The notes: a model not told the origin generated them from the sequence alone. A stretch of DNA of 64,000 nt from Antedon mediterranea (GCF_964355755.1 NC_092675.1:26322912-26386911), one strand, 5' to 3'; numbered from the stretch's first letter, positions 35,601-63,790 are shown. Numbers and translations are program-made.

Positions 35601-38600
35601 AGGGGAATGAGCTGTTAGGAGCTCATTGTACTAAGCCTCGGCATTATGTGGTAGGGTGGCCAGTTCCTTTCCACGTCGCCTTTTTTCTCCCTAGTATTTT
35701 CAACCAGGTACTCATTTTATAGCTGAGTGAACTGGGAGTTGTCGGGCATTGAACCCGGGTCTATTGTACGACAGTCAAGTGTCCTAACCACTCGGCTATC
35801 CAACCATTATAAATTTAAGTAGGTAAATAAATTTGTTATTGATAAAATATGCCTAATAACAGTTTTTCTCGAAAGGTTTGCCTACATATACCGGAAGTCT
35901 TATGACTCTTAATACGTCAAGCACCACTATCACCATTGGATGGACGGCATGGGACAGCAATTCTGACGATGGAGATGGTCCAGTTGTTGGATACTTTTTA
36001 TACCACAAACTGAACAATACTGATGATTGGAAGAAAGGTTTATATCAGAATGACACATCAGGTACTGTTTCTGAGTTGATGTGGGATACACAATACATTG
36101 TTGGTGTTTCAGCTGTGAGACCTGGTGAAGGAGGAGAAGGACCAATTGGGGAAGGAACCGTCACAGCAAAGACGATGTGTGGGCGTAAGTGTTTTGATCT
36201 TTATTCTTTAACTATTTTAAAAGATATTGAACTCAATCTACTTTGCTCAAGTTGGAAATGTCTGCTCTGTTACACCACAAAACTATATTTTAAAATTAAA
36301 TCATTAAAATCAAACTATGTTCCTTCTATGAAATACATACACAAACTCACACCGACTTAAACGCCAACACAAGACATACCTTTATCAGTATAATAATATG
36401 ATTAAAATGTAATTAACCCTTTCAGATAATTTAAAACAACAAAACGTTACCATAAAAGCACATCGACATCGCGTGATAGTTCCGATACGGAAAATTATCC
36501 ATGATATCATGTTGATCACACTGCGGTACCTATTGATAACCACATACTTTAATACGATCATCATATCTTTCATTATTAAATGTATCCATGTATTTGTGTT
36601 ATAGAGCCGGATTCAGTTGAAAATGTTAATCATAAAGTTTTGAACGAATATCCACAAACTGTATTGGTGATTTGGACAGTAAGTTACTATGATTATATTT
36701 AAAATATATTTATACTATAAGATGAATTAAATGTTTCATTACGTGAAGCGTCGTAAACACGAAACATTGACGTTCGATTTGATTTTCCGGGGCCGGACCG
36801 GAACCCTGCCGGAACAGGTGTGAAAGACCCGAGTTTATGTTTGTTGTAAAAAACATACAGTTGTGGCTTGAAAGTATTTCTCGCTGTGTAATTCCAACAA
36901 GATATATAAATTACAGAGTGAACCACAACCACAATTATGTCTCAATACTGTTTAGATGTATGCGTGGTGATATGAGAACAGCAAGCTAATGCTTGAAGAA
37001 ATGTATTCTACCTGAGAAACGTTTTGGTAAAAATAAATCAATCGTATTTTAGAATTCCCTAAACATTATTTGAGTTTCATTTAATGGCCATGACTGATCT
37101 TTTGAGTCAAAATTCAGTATATTAAATTGATTACTACTTAACATTATGTTTATGTTCAGCAAATCGACACAGATAAAGACATACTGAAATGCTATAACAC
37201 GTCATACATAGTATACAAAGTATATCTACAATCAAATGACGGCGAAAATGAGCAGACTTTCGAAGGTAGCGGCTCAAACCTAACTATTGGGAATTTGAGT
37301 TTAAATGCATCGCCTTACAACATTAGGTTGACCGTCTCAAACAAAGACAGTGAAAGTGAACCTGTTAAAAGTACCGAAATTGAAATTGTAACTACACGTG
37401 AACCTCCGGATGAAGGTTGGTATCCAAACAATTCAATTTAAACGTAAACAGTGAATGTAGACCTAATATTTTCTGTCATAAAGTTTAGAAAAACATACAA
37501 TTACATTTGGACAACCGCAATCTGTTATTTATCCAAGAAATTAACAGAAATTTGCATTGAAAAACTGACATATCATCATACAAAAATATCAATAAAACAG
37601 TAAAAATACAAAGAAGCACCATAACACAATTCTCTGATAAAAGATTAAAATGTTTTCAATATTAGGCCTACATTTATTATTTATAACATAAACACATTCA
37701 TACAATGCATCTAAAAATGTTAAACTTTGACAAATCATATTACCTATAAACATTATTTTCTATAAAAGAAATCGAGGAACCAAGAAATTCAACTCCTGCT
37801 GGCATAATTGGTGGTGTACTTGGAGCTTTCATGTGTATCGTTATATTTATTGTAATTATTATATTTGTGTAAGTATGAACCTTGTTTATTTCCGTATTAT
37901 TTCATGGTTATATTTCAATGTAAAATAGTACCTTACACACAGCAGGGAAGAGTGAATCATTTTTATCATCATAATAATAATATAATACTACTGTACATCT
38001 ATATAGCGGGTAAACACGATCAAATGCGCTTTACATAGCATGATTACCTCGGTCATTTTTTTGTGTCAAACACGTATGGAAACATACTCCTATAATGCAG
38101 CTAGTAATCAGCGCAAATCTGTCATTCCTACAGACGATTACATTTGGTTTTGGAGTTCTTGTATTATCTTGTTTGATTTATATTATGTATCCGGATATCC
38201 CGTTTATTATTAATTTCTATGCGATCCGTTTCCTATTACTGCTGTGTATTAGGGGGTGCAGTGTCTTAAACAATATAATAATAAACAGACACAACACGAG
38301 GAAATCAAACGGACATATATTACGGTTACACTAACCTGCCGTAGACAATAATTCGAATATTAAATTCAGCTATAACTGCTACTATTTTTGAAAAAGTTAA
38401 TTAGGGTTTTGTGTTTTTACTTCATATTTCATAAAGTTGTCTGTTATTGTGTTTATAATACAGGAAAAGAAAAAGTGTGAAAAATAAAGAAATTCAACGA
38501 GGAGAGGACGATAAACGACAGCTTACTTTAGAAGGTATATTATCATACTAAATTAAAATATTTAGGCCCTGTCTTCTATACCTACATAAACTATATATAG

Positions 38601-41600
38601 AAGTAAACTAATTATATTGATTCAAATGCAGGCCGGAAAAACTGGGAATTACGGTCGATATTGTAGAAGTTTCTGCTCGGATATAACACGCTGTTCGAGC
38701 AATAATTGCTACTATAATATTTTGACCATTGTATAACATGCTCACACTTTTGCTATTCAGCGAATATTTCAATGTTGAAAAAACTTCAGTTCGCAGTTAC
38801 ATAATTATTTAATGTTAGAATGTTTACTATTTTTAAAAATTCAGCTCCGATGCAATTCAAAAAAGAAAATAACGAGAACAATTATAACACAGTCGCTACA
38901 GACTCAGCTGGAGATTTTTTGACCACCGAATCAAGTGTAGATGCACCGCCAGAGAGTGAACATCTGACGTACGAAAATGTAAAACCAAGGAGAATTCCCA
39001 TTTCGAAATTGGTATTCTATTTTGTGAATAACCAAATAGAATTACATCAAGAGTTTGATGTGAGTATTTAAATCGTAGTAGATATATGTCTACTTTAATA
39101 CTATATTTGTGAGCCACGACAGCCAGGTCATTATTAATGTTGCTCCTTCATATTTTCAAAGAGCGTACAGAAGTGCAATCTGCAGATCCTTAGACTTATG
39201 AAGGAGTTAACGAGGGATACATTTTATCAATCTTTCAGTTGCTTTCAGTCGAACAGGCTCATACATGGGAAGTAGCATCTAAAGAATGTAACAGAACCAA
39301 AAACAGATTTAAGAATATTGTTCCTTGTGAGTAACGAATTTGTGACATTTTCGTATAATTTGTATTAAAATATCATATATTTGTAGAAAACGGTACAAAC
39401 TTACACATTATATTGTAGTTGAATCACCTATTTGAGATAATTTTGAAATCATACTTTCTATAAATGTAATTGTTTTGGTTAATTATTTCATTTCTCCTTA
39501 GATGATCATGCAAGAGTTGTGTTGGACAAAGTTGACGGCGATCCTGATTCGGATTACTACAATGCAAGCTATATCGATGTAAATACATTTTAGATATTTA
39601 GAGAATATAACTCTGACATTATCCAACAATATGGTAATATGTACATTTCCTAATTATTTCTCATCACAACGACATTAAAAATACTTCGATTTGTAATATA
39701 ATTTATTGTATTACAATATTCTATATTTGCCAAATTCCATTTAAATATTTATGTATAATGTACACCAAACAATAATTTTCAATTTCTAAATAGTTATTTG
39801 AATTATTGCATATGATAGTTGATATGTTTTTATTTTATCAACAGGGTTATAACAAATCGCGTTATTACATCGCCAGCCAAGGTGAGAATAAAAATAAATA
39901 CAATTTTAAATCAAGTTTGAAAGGGATTACCTATGTTAATTTAAAGTTTCATCGGAATAATTATATTTTAAGACAACATTTCTAATTCCTGTACGCAGTT
40001 ATTTAGTGAGATACAACATTTTTTCTTAATAATACTTTCGTATTTTATCATGAGGTCATTATTTATCTTCATTAGGTCCCAACAAGAACTCTCTTGGTGA
40101 TTTCTGGCGAATGATCTGGCAGAAAGATATTAAAGTAATGGTCATGCTTACCAACATCTTTGAAGGAACTAAAGTAAGCATTATGTAATCATCTATGTTC
40201 ATGTTTGAAAACACTTTCACAATAACTCCTATAAAATTGAATTTACTTCTTTTTAGGAGAAATGCAAGAAATACTGGCCAGACGAAGAAGAGTGGTTCGT
40301 GTTTGATGACATTAATGTAAAAGTTGATAGTGAAGAAACAACAGAGGATTACACAATTAGAAACATTGTAATTTGGCTGGTAAGTAGGAGATGCACCCTA
40401 AAGAATCGTTACAGGCTTTTGAAAACGGTCACTTGAACAGACCACTCATCATTTGTATACAATATCAAGAGAATTGCATTTATTTTATTTTATTCAATCG
40501 AACAGGTTTGAAACAAACAAAGCCAGGACTGTTTACAGCACATTGATTGGTCCTAACATTGATCAAGGGCTTCTCTCATCCAGTGCCCACCTTGACCAGA
40601 GGAAAAGCATGGGTCAATATGTATGAGGCAGATGCAGATGCATAAGAGTCAGCAAATGCCTAATGTGACCCCAGCTCCATATACAGCACCCGATATTCCC
40701 AGAACATGTCTGGCAAAGAATGTAATTCTTGTGTTGATTCAAATAAAATCAGACTATAACATGACATAAATCTTGACATTAATATATTTACAGGAGGAAG
40801 AAGGCACTGCTGAACAACGTACCATTAAGCAGTTTCATTTCACTCAATGGCCTGATAAGGGAGTACCAAAGTCTGCTTCAGGATTACTGCGTCTTATTCA
40901 AAAAGTGAAAAGTGTTCGAGGGACTTCATTGACTCCTGCATTAGTACATTGCAGGTATGTTTACCAATATCTTTGAAGGAACTAAAGTAAGAATTATGTT
41001 TATGTACCGTAATTACTGTGCCAGTAAGTGGGACATTTATCGTAATTGTATTTTACTTAGTACGGTAATGTATACAATTATTCGTTCTTTTCCTTTTTAT
41101 TCGTTTTGTTCCAGTGCTGGTGTTGGCAGAACCGGTACCTACATTGTTGTTGATGCCATGCTGGACATGATTATGGCTAAGGAAGCTGTCGATGTCTTCA
41201 AATACATAAAGGATATACGTGAAAATCGCATCAATATGGTTCAGACTGCGGTAAGTTTTGAACCATGCCTAATTTAAAAATAAATTCGTAAGCGCTTTTA
41301 CTTGGGATATGTCGAATGAGGGAATTTTAAATTTGCCTATAACGCATTGACGTGTCACATGGAAATGACCGAAACTATTGAAATCTCCATAATTATGTTG
41401 AAAGGTAAGAATGGTAGTATTTACATTCTCTACAACAGTCAGAATTTGTTCACGCGCCTATGTTTCTAAATTTTTATAATTTCTTTTGTTTTCAGGCTCA
41501 ATATGTGTTCATTTACAGCGCGTTGAGTGAGTTTTATCTCAATAGCGTTGTACAATTTCCAGTCTCTGAATTTACAAGTCGCATAACAAAGTTGAAGCGT

Positions 41601-44600
41601 GTAAATCGTAAATCAAAGAAAACGTTCATTGAGGAAGAATATGAGGTATAAATGCATTGTTTATTTTGTGTTTGTATACCGGTATCTATTTATATAAATT
41701 TATAAAATACAAGCACAGTTTTAATTGTTTTGGAACAGATGTTGGTTTCCATAACACCACCACCAACTCCAGAAGAAATGTTGAGTGGACGTCAGGACCA
41801 CAACATTAAGAAAAACCGATTTGGAAATGTGTTACCAGGTATAAACGTTGATAAAAAATACCATTAGTATAGTTTGACGTAAGTTTACACTTACACTTAC
41901 ACATGTATTTTACCGCCATTTTTCATTTCTACATTTTAATTAACATCATATCTAAAATTTTAAATGAGAAAATATATGGTTAATAATGAATTCTGGCATC
42001 TTATTATGTAAATATACCGGTATTTTAACTACTCTAAACACTTACTTTTAATTGTCACAAATGTACTTATATGTATATAATATATTCATCAATGAGAATT
42101 TAAATAAACGTGAGAAGAACTCACACAAGACAAAAAAAAAGTTTACACTTTTTTAAATCATCATATTATGTTTACATTTCAAACATTAGGTCATCCTATA
42201 CATATTATATTTCGTTTACAGTCGATCGATCTAGAGTCGTACTGAATTCAGAAAGCAACAATTACATTAATGCCTCATTCCTTAATGTAAGTTTTTTATA
42301 TTATTTATTTGGTTATTTCAGCAGATTCTCGGTATACTAACTATATCGAAATTTCTCCAGTATCAAAGTCCGTGAAACAGCATATCATATAAACTGAAAA
42401 AATTATTATTTTTTTATTGAACCAAATAATACAGACACAAATGGTATAAATAACTAACCATATTTTTATATTATGATACACTGAGATGCTGTATTCTTAT
42501 TTAAATAATAATTTATTCAAATTAGGTTTATTGTTAGAGTAATCGTAATTGTTTTTAATTATTTCAACGTTTACTTTTGTGTACAAAGGGTTATAGAGTG
42601 AGTAATAGATTCATTGCTACCCAGATGCCAATGGATGATACAGTGGATGATTTCTGGCGACTGGTTTACGAGTGCAAAACATCAAATATTGTCATGTTGA
42701 ATTCTGTGGACCATTCAGATCCGGTTGGTACAGAGCAAACATACACTTTCACTATCTTTGTATTCAGCTTTCTTGTCAGTTATTTATTTATTAGGCCTAC
42801 TTTGTCTTTTAGCATATTGGAATGAGTTGCTCTGTTGCTTCTATTATCACAGCATAATGGACTTCCTCCTTATTTTAGGTCCCATGTTATAAAAGGTTTG
42901 CAGTATAACAATTATGGGCCAATGGCCTGCATTCGCCATTGATTGAAGCGGCGGGTTAATATAATTCTTCAATGGGAAGATATTTTCATTTCAAATAGTA
43001 AACACATTTATTCATTATCAAAATGTATATTTTATAATATTTTCTTTATGAATGCGCCATAAAATCGTAATACTAATTTATTTTATGTTAATCTTATATC
43101 ATAATCATTCAGACATGCGCACAATATTGGTGGGACGTAGGCAACTTTATGACTGTTGGAAATTTGAAAATACAATTTGATTCCGAAGAAAGCAGGAACC
43201 AGAATATAATAGTCAGATCTATGTCAATACATACAACGGATAAGGTAAAGTACTATTCAGGTTATGGATTGTTTCGACTGGGAAAGAGCACGGCTTCTAG
43301 CATGGAAGAAGTAGGTCAAACTAGAAGTAGCCAACATGATGTAGGCCGTGTAGACCACTGTATCGTCTATTGCGAATTCTCTGGATTGTATATAGTGACC
43401 ACAAGCTATTAGGCTATATACAAATTCATTTATCATTATTTGTAATGTCTAGTACCAATTGTTATAATTATGTATGGAACGCCGTTTACGCAACATTTTG
43501 ATGATATGAATTTTATGACGCGATATGTGAATGAAATGCATCGATATGAATTGAATGGCGCGATATATGAATGAAATGTTTTGAATTGAATGCTTTGAAT
43601 TGAATGTTTTGAATGAAATGTTTTGAATGAAATGTTTTGAATGAAATGTTTTGAATTGAATGTTTTGAATAAAATGTTTTGAACGAAATGTTTTGAATGA
43701 AATGTTTTGAATGAAATGTTTTGAATGAAATGTTTGAATTGAATTGAAAAGTCAAACTATTGGCGGCGTATGTCATTCCCGCTCGCGAGTTTTAACCTCT
43801 TAGGCCTAAGCCTGGGTACCCTCATCTCCTTTCCACGCTGTCATCAATATGGATCCTTTACAGAGAATCCTAACAGACCTGACATTGGAATACATATTTC
43901 CGAACACAGGTCTGTTAGGATTCTCTGTAAAGGCAGCGTGGAAAGGAGATGAGGGTACCCACGCTTAGGCCTAAGAGGTTGAGAAAAAAAATCGCGAGCG
44001 GGAATGACATACGCCACCAATAGTTTGACTTTTCAATTCAATTCAAACATTTCATTCAAAACATTTCATTTAAAACATTTCATTCAAAACATTTCATTCA
44101 AAACATTGCATTCAAAAAAATTTATTCAAAACATTTCATTCAAAACATTTCATTCAAAGCATTTCATTCAAAACATTCAATTCAAAGCATTCAATTCAAA
44201 ACATTTCATTCATATATCGCGCCATTCAATTCATATCGATGCATTTCATTCACATATCGCGTCATAACATTCATATCATTGAAATGTTGCGTAAACGGCG
44301 TTCCATAATTATGGGTTTTCTTCAGGTATCTGAACCATTTTGTGTGACACAATACCAAGTTACTGATTGGCCAGTTGGCCAAGACACTCCAGAAAAGTTA
44401 GAAACATTGCTGCAGGTGTATGAAATGGTTCAGTCATCCCACACCGTTGTTCGAAACAAAGCAAATCCAATTGTAGTTCACTGCATGTAAGCATTAAATT
44501 CGAACTGAATAGAAATACAAGAAACTATTTGAACATCAATAAAAACATTCAATCATAATTAAAGAAAAATTACTTTACCATTATTTCACATTTTTATTAA

Positions 44601-45982
44601 CATGTAATGTTATGGTTTGCCAGATTATATACTTTTTTAGATACTTTTTAAAAATTATTAAAAACACATTTATTCATTAAGGCTTATGGAAATCATGAGG
44701 TTTCTTAAAGTTTTTTAGACTTAGAATTGTTTTGTATACCTTTTCCTGGCCAGCATTATCTTTGGGGTGCCTCTGTCTTGGTTGTTGTCTCTGAGCACCC
44801 GGTCGTCTGTGGCAAGGCAAATGTGTATCCTGCTCCTTTGTTTGGTCACCTAGGTAGGGGTCCGGGACCGCGACAGAACGACAACGGATGGGGACCCTCC
44901 AAAGAAATTGCATTTTATTTGTCAGGAATTTGTATGATTTATTTCTTTTTATTTTTAAATGCGCCTTGAGCACTCTGGAGTGGTATGTGCGCTATAAAAA
45001 TCTTCTTCTTCTTCTTCTTATTATTATTATTATTATTATTATTATTAGTGGTGGTGTTATTATTATTATTATTATTAATATTATTATTATATTAACTAAT
45101 TCCCGTCTTCTATCTTAACTCAGATTAGTCCATCTTTCAACGCCAGATAAAACAAAAACATTATAATTCGTATTCCTATCTGTAGGAGTATGTCCTCAGT
45201 CATTCAGATTAATTGTTTTAAATGTCTTTTAATGTGAAATATGTTTTTTAGAAACGGTGTTGGTCGAACTGGAGTTTATTGCACTATGACAGAAACGTTA
45301 GACAGAGTGAAACATGATGACATCATCGATATATTCAAGACTGTAAAACTACTTCGAGAAAACCGGTCAGGTTTGGTGAATAATACTGTAAGTCAAATGT
45401 TATGTTCAATTATATACAACATTACTACATTCTTCCAGGTGGTAATTCTTGCCTTCTGGTTTGTGGCCATATCAACAGTTTAATTTCTTGTTCAATTTAT
45501 GTTTAAATTATCTTAAACTGTTGATGAATAAATGTATATTATGATATTTTTACTATAACCATGGACCTATCTAATTTATAGGTCCATGCTATAACTGCCT
45601 ATTACTTCACTCACCGATGAATGTGGTCTTCGAAACATATTGTCATGTATATAGTTTGTGTTGTTTAAGCTACCAATACAATTGTTAATAGTTAGCATCA
45701 AAACGGATGTGATGTTTTGTTATTAATAAATTATGTTTATTTATACATTTATTGTAAACTAATTTCGCGGCAAAAGCTAATTAGAGACAACGTTGTAATT
45801 TCCTATTGTAAGGCAAGAAGAAAACAAGGTAGTAGGTCTACCTCCTTACAAACCATATGTTTTCAATTGTTTAACTAATATTATAATATTTACATTTTGT
45901 TTATAAATCTTAGGAGCAGTATTCATTGTGTTATGACCTCGTGGGAGCCTACCTTCAACAATTCGCAACGTATTCTAACTAA
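29656..45982 (+). CDS. Tie-like-ectodomain receptor-type protein tyrosine phosphatase, paralog 2 (two FN3 domains), ~1369 aa, 29 coding exons
   Basis: Exons: 29656-29704, 31317-31598, 32133-32381, 32585-32719, 33521-33670, 34299-34439, 34753-34884, 35150-35428, 35876-36184, 36605-36678, 37160-37415, 37769-37868, 38464-38534, 38845-39059, 39239-39326, 39502-39578, 39845-39881, 40076-40173, 40257-40379, 40794-40954, 41115-41250, 41496-41645, 41739-41838, 42222-42286, 42589-42723, 43113-43244, 44326-44486, 45252-45387, 45914-45982 (sum 4110 nt). Same motifs and intron positions as paralog 1, plus a two-exon second FN3-like domain. Confidence 0.9.
29804..30827 (-). mobile_element. Non-autonomous Helitron-like element
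   Basis: Minus strand starts TCTATATATAAA and ends in the hairpin CTAGATGGTACGC-GAGCGAAGCGA-GCGTACCATCTAG followed by T. No TSD. The 5' flank is not the canonical A, so that boundary is uncertain. Confidence 0.55.
32833..33045 (+). mobile_element. tRNA-derived SINE
   Basis: A box TGGCTTGGTGG, B box GGTTCAAGTCC, body aactccactctc, AATAAA near the end. Confidence 0.65.
35562..35805 (-). mobile_element. tRNA-derived SINE with 16-bp target-site duplication
   Basis: Minus strand: A box TAGCCGAGTGG, B box GGTTCAATGCC, central CAGCTATAAAATGAGTACCTGG, T-rich tail. TSD attataaatttaagta at 35546-35561 and 35806-35821. Confidence 0.8.
37970..38130 (-). mobile_element. SINE/LINE 3' remnant with L2-type tail
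   Basis: Minus strand GTAAAGCGCATTTGATC...CCGCTATATAGATG followed by (ATT)n. Confidence 0.45.
43473..44307. mobile_element. 835-bp foldback (near-complete palindrome) with internal 14-bp tandem repeats
   Basis: Arms tatggaacgccgtttacgcaacatt... and ...aatgttgcgtaaacggcgttccata; (gaatgaaatgtttt)n in the left arm and its reverse complement in the right; inner stem cctttacagagaatcctaacagacctg / caggtctgttaggattctctgtaaagg; attatg repeated at 43467-43472 and 44308-44313. Confidence 0.85.
44640..45050 (+). mobile_element. 5'-truncated ~400-bp copy of the LINE at 7331-12921 (ORF2 end + 3' UTR + tail)
   Basis: Near-identical to the reverse complement of ~7331-7716; tail is (TTC)n(TTA)n. Confidence 0.9.
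45560..45588. mobile_element. 29-bp palindromic micro-MITE with 7-bp TSD
   Basis: ctataac-[CATGGACCTAT ctaattt ATAGGTCCATG]-ctataac. Confidence 0.7.
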
Positions 45983-46799
45983 ATTATGCTTACACCAGCC
46001 TACGCTGAAAAGTATTATATCTTCACTGCACGTACATTATACTACGTTAAAACATGACGCAATGTTCACTGTTGGTGAAGATGTAAATTAATTGTTTTTA
46101 ATGATTTGTAAAATAACACACCAACTGAGCTTGAAAGAAAGCCAGGAGAGTGACTTGGAGTAAATAAGGGCATTCTGAACAATAAACTTTGCGGAAAGGA
46201 CAATAACCTACTTTATGTTCATATAAATCCTCTTATAAATTTAAAATATTATTTAATCGTTTACAAAAAAATGACTTTATTATCGTACATTATAGAATAA
46301 ATTTGGTTATTCCAGTAAGTAGGTATAACGTTACTAATTTTAGCAAATTAATATTATAATATATAATATCTTTAGTTACTCCATTTGGTAGATATAAATC
46401 AACTTCTATGTTCTTGTTACTTGTTGAGATCTATTTAAAAATACTAATAAAAAAAAATAGTTAAACATAGGCCTACATTGTTTAGCAGTATTATTGCGAG
46501 ATGTTTTAGTTCGAAATGTACATGCCCCTATACTAAACCATGTTTCATTACCATTTTTATAAGATCAAAATAATAAGGTCTACATATTATACCAAACTAT
46601 AAAAATATCATTTAAAGTAAGGGACGTTTGTAAATAAAAAAAACTTTCAACATACAGATGCAGAAAACTCTGAGCATGTGCAGATTGGGCTCATCTAGCT
46701 CATTAGCATAACATTTATGATCTTTTGATCTGTATTTTATATATTTTAAAGTTTATGTGTGTCTTCAATTTTTATGTGATTTATGTATGTGGTTTGAAG

Positions 46800-46892
46800 T
46801 ATTGGAGAGCCACTTTGATAGTGCTTGCACTGTTGGCAATCCACAGGGTACTCCATCCTCACTTCGTTTGTTTATGTTGTTGTCTGTATACC

Positions 46893-46924
<32 letters not shown>

Positions 46925-46926
46925 TA
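46800..46926 (+). mobile_element. Probable retroelement 3' end with (AATA)n tail
   Basis: Short structured segment followed by a T-rich tract and aataaataaataaataaaa. Confidence 0.35.
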
Positions 46927-48629
46927 GATGCAGTTGCAAGACTAAATCAGCTGAAAGGTTTAAACGAACCAGATGCCTATCCTGGTCGACTGTTTTAAAG
47001 ACGGGCTTCTATTACGACTGGTGTTTTATGTCATGGAGTGACACACGGGTATTTTCTGGCACGACTATTGGTGCCATAATTAATGAATGGCTGTAGTTGT
47101 TGAAACAAATAACATGATTGCGATCTAATCTACCTTCAAAATATATCTTAGCGTATTTTTCCGTCTCATAACGAAACCTCATTATACGTAAAAATGAGAA
47201 CGTTCTTCATGAATTTTTAATTTCAGGTGACAGTACGCAGACCATATTAAGTTTAATTAATTAAAGTTAATGTTTCATACAATACAAGGTATGTATGAGC
47301 CTAAAATGTTTACTCAAGAAAAACCTGTGTACAAATAAATAACAAGTGAAAAGAAACAGAATGAATTGCATTAGGTCTAACAGATTAATTATTTAATATA
47401 CATGAACATGTGGCTAGTAAACTGTTACTTTATAATGATTTAGATTTAATTTAACAGTTAACATAAAAAAAGAAAATACAGCAGCAATCAAGACATCGGT
47501 AATGAAAGATCATGATGCGGTCCTTTTTTTCCCTCACAATAGGTCTAAACAACCGTATGGTTGTTTTGGGCACACTGCATTGATATTTTATTTCCTAAAA
47601 TATAACGTCTGTACCATATTATGATGCACATTTATAGATTTGTTTGTACTTTCAATAGTAATCGGTATCCGCACGCCCGTTATTTATTATACAGTGCAGA
47701 GGACATACCTATGATTAAGGGAAATCCTTATTCAGACAGTTTGTGTCCCAAAAGTGTCCCCTTAATAGGAAGTAAGCCTATAATGTAGATATAGTATCTC
47801 TGAGATTTACTGTAGCATGTTAATTATGGTGTGCATGTGACCTTTTTCCTAAATATTATAGGAAATATTATAGGATAGGATTGAGTTAGGAACTATGAGA
47901 AATTCGGATACGCACAACATAAAAAAGTGTACCTACAAAAAGTCTAAGGCCTACACATTCCTAATAATAAGAAATATTGTCAAAATTGACGTCATCACCA
48001 ACAAGTTGTGTTTGGATAAGAACCCGACAAAACCATCTATGGATTTAGAAATAAATACAATGTGCATTGAGCGAACTTAATATTCTCGTTTTATTGTGTT
48101 TTGTTGTTTTTGCTGAAAACAAGCCTGTATAAACTATACACCAATTGTGGTGGTATTAAGGTTTCGATTAAATAACCGTGTAAATAATTATTAAAGCACT
48201 TCCTTATTCCATAGACGTACGTTGGCATATACAGACGAGTTTCTATCAATATTCTGTAAGTATTCTTAGGCCTACTTGTTATTACCACTACAGAAACATA
48301 AACTATAAACTTGAAAATTGATCACCATTAGTAACTTTATTCAGGACCTGATAAATACTTAAGCTAGGTTCTTCCTCTACTAGGACGACGCAACGCAATA
48401 CGTCGTAGTGAACTAACTCACAAGCGACAGGCCGATGATCTACCAGAGTGCAGTTGTGATTGTGCGCTGATAAAAGTGGAAACCAACAGTATTAACAGCC
48501 TCGTCATATTCCTTACAGTGTTAGGTACTGTTATCGAAACTAGCATAGACGAAAATAAAAGTTCCAAGGGAGGACATATACTTCTTCTTACTTCTACTTC
48601 TTATCGAAATGTTTTCTTTCAGAAAAAGC

Positions 48630-63076
<14,447 letters not shown>

Positions 63077-63129
63077 TGAGGTAGGCACTCAAATCTGCAG
63101 CTAGACTGGAAGACATCTGCAAGATATGA

Positions 63130-63790
63130 ATATCCAAGTTACCTATGATAATATGATAATAACCAATTTACCGTATATTAACTACGTTACCTGTGGTAAT
63201 AACCCAGTTGTAACTAAGTTACCCAATGTAATAACCAACCAAGTTACCTCTTCTAATAACCATGTTAACTGTAAAGTTACCTGTATTAACTAAGTTACCT
63301 GATAATATCCAAGGATATCTGTGATGATATCCAAGTTGCTTGTGATAATAACTAAGTTACCTATGTATAATTACTAACTTACTGTGAACCACCACGTTTT
63401 TAAATAGAGTTGTAAGAAGTTACCTACAAAAGTTACCTGTAATAATCAAGTTATCTGTGATAATAACCAAATTCCTTGCTTGCATATATATTTACCAAAT
63501 TAGTGTGATAATAATTAAGTTACTTGTATAATAACTAAAGGTACCATATTAACCAAGTTTTATCTGTATATTAATTAAGTTTTATCTGTATATTAACCAA
63601 GTTACCTGTAATAGTAATCATGTTACCTGTATATTAAATAAAAAGTTACCTTAATTATTACTAAGTAACCTGTATAATAACCAAGTTAGTTTGATAATTA
63701 ACCACAAGTAGTGTGATAATAACCAAGTTAGTGTGATAATAACCAAGTTAGTGTGATAATAACCAGGTTAGTGTGATATAAACAAGTAAG
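63130..63790. repeat. Degenerate ~20-bp minisatellite (consensus ~ aaccaagttacctgtgataat) downstream of the paralog 3 stop
   Basis: Repeated aagttacc motif throughout; near-perfect aaccaagttagtgtgataat units at 63721-63780. Confidence 0.85.

Noticed and set aside
43513-44267. Twin 87-aa ORFs (43513-43776 - and 44004-44267 +) with KHFIQNISFKTF repeats
   Set aside because: They are translations of the 14-bp tandem repeats in the two arms of the foldback element.
47690-48490. Short MITE-like remnants (~47690-47772 and ~48360-48485)
   Set aside because: Too decayed; no matching TIR pair or TSD could be established.
63130-63790. Regularly spaced repeats resembling a CRISPR array
   Set aside because: Units are abutting and degenerate with no unique spacers, there are no cas genes, and the context is eukaryotic. 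It is a minisatellite.
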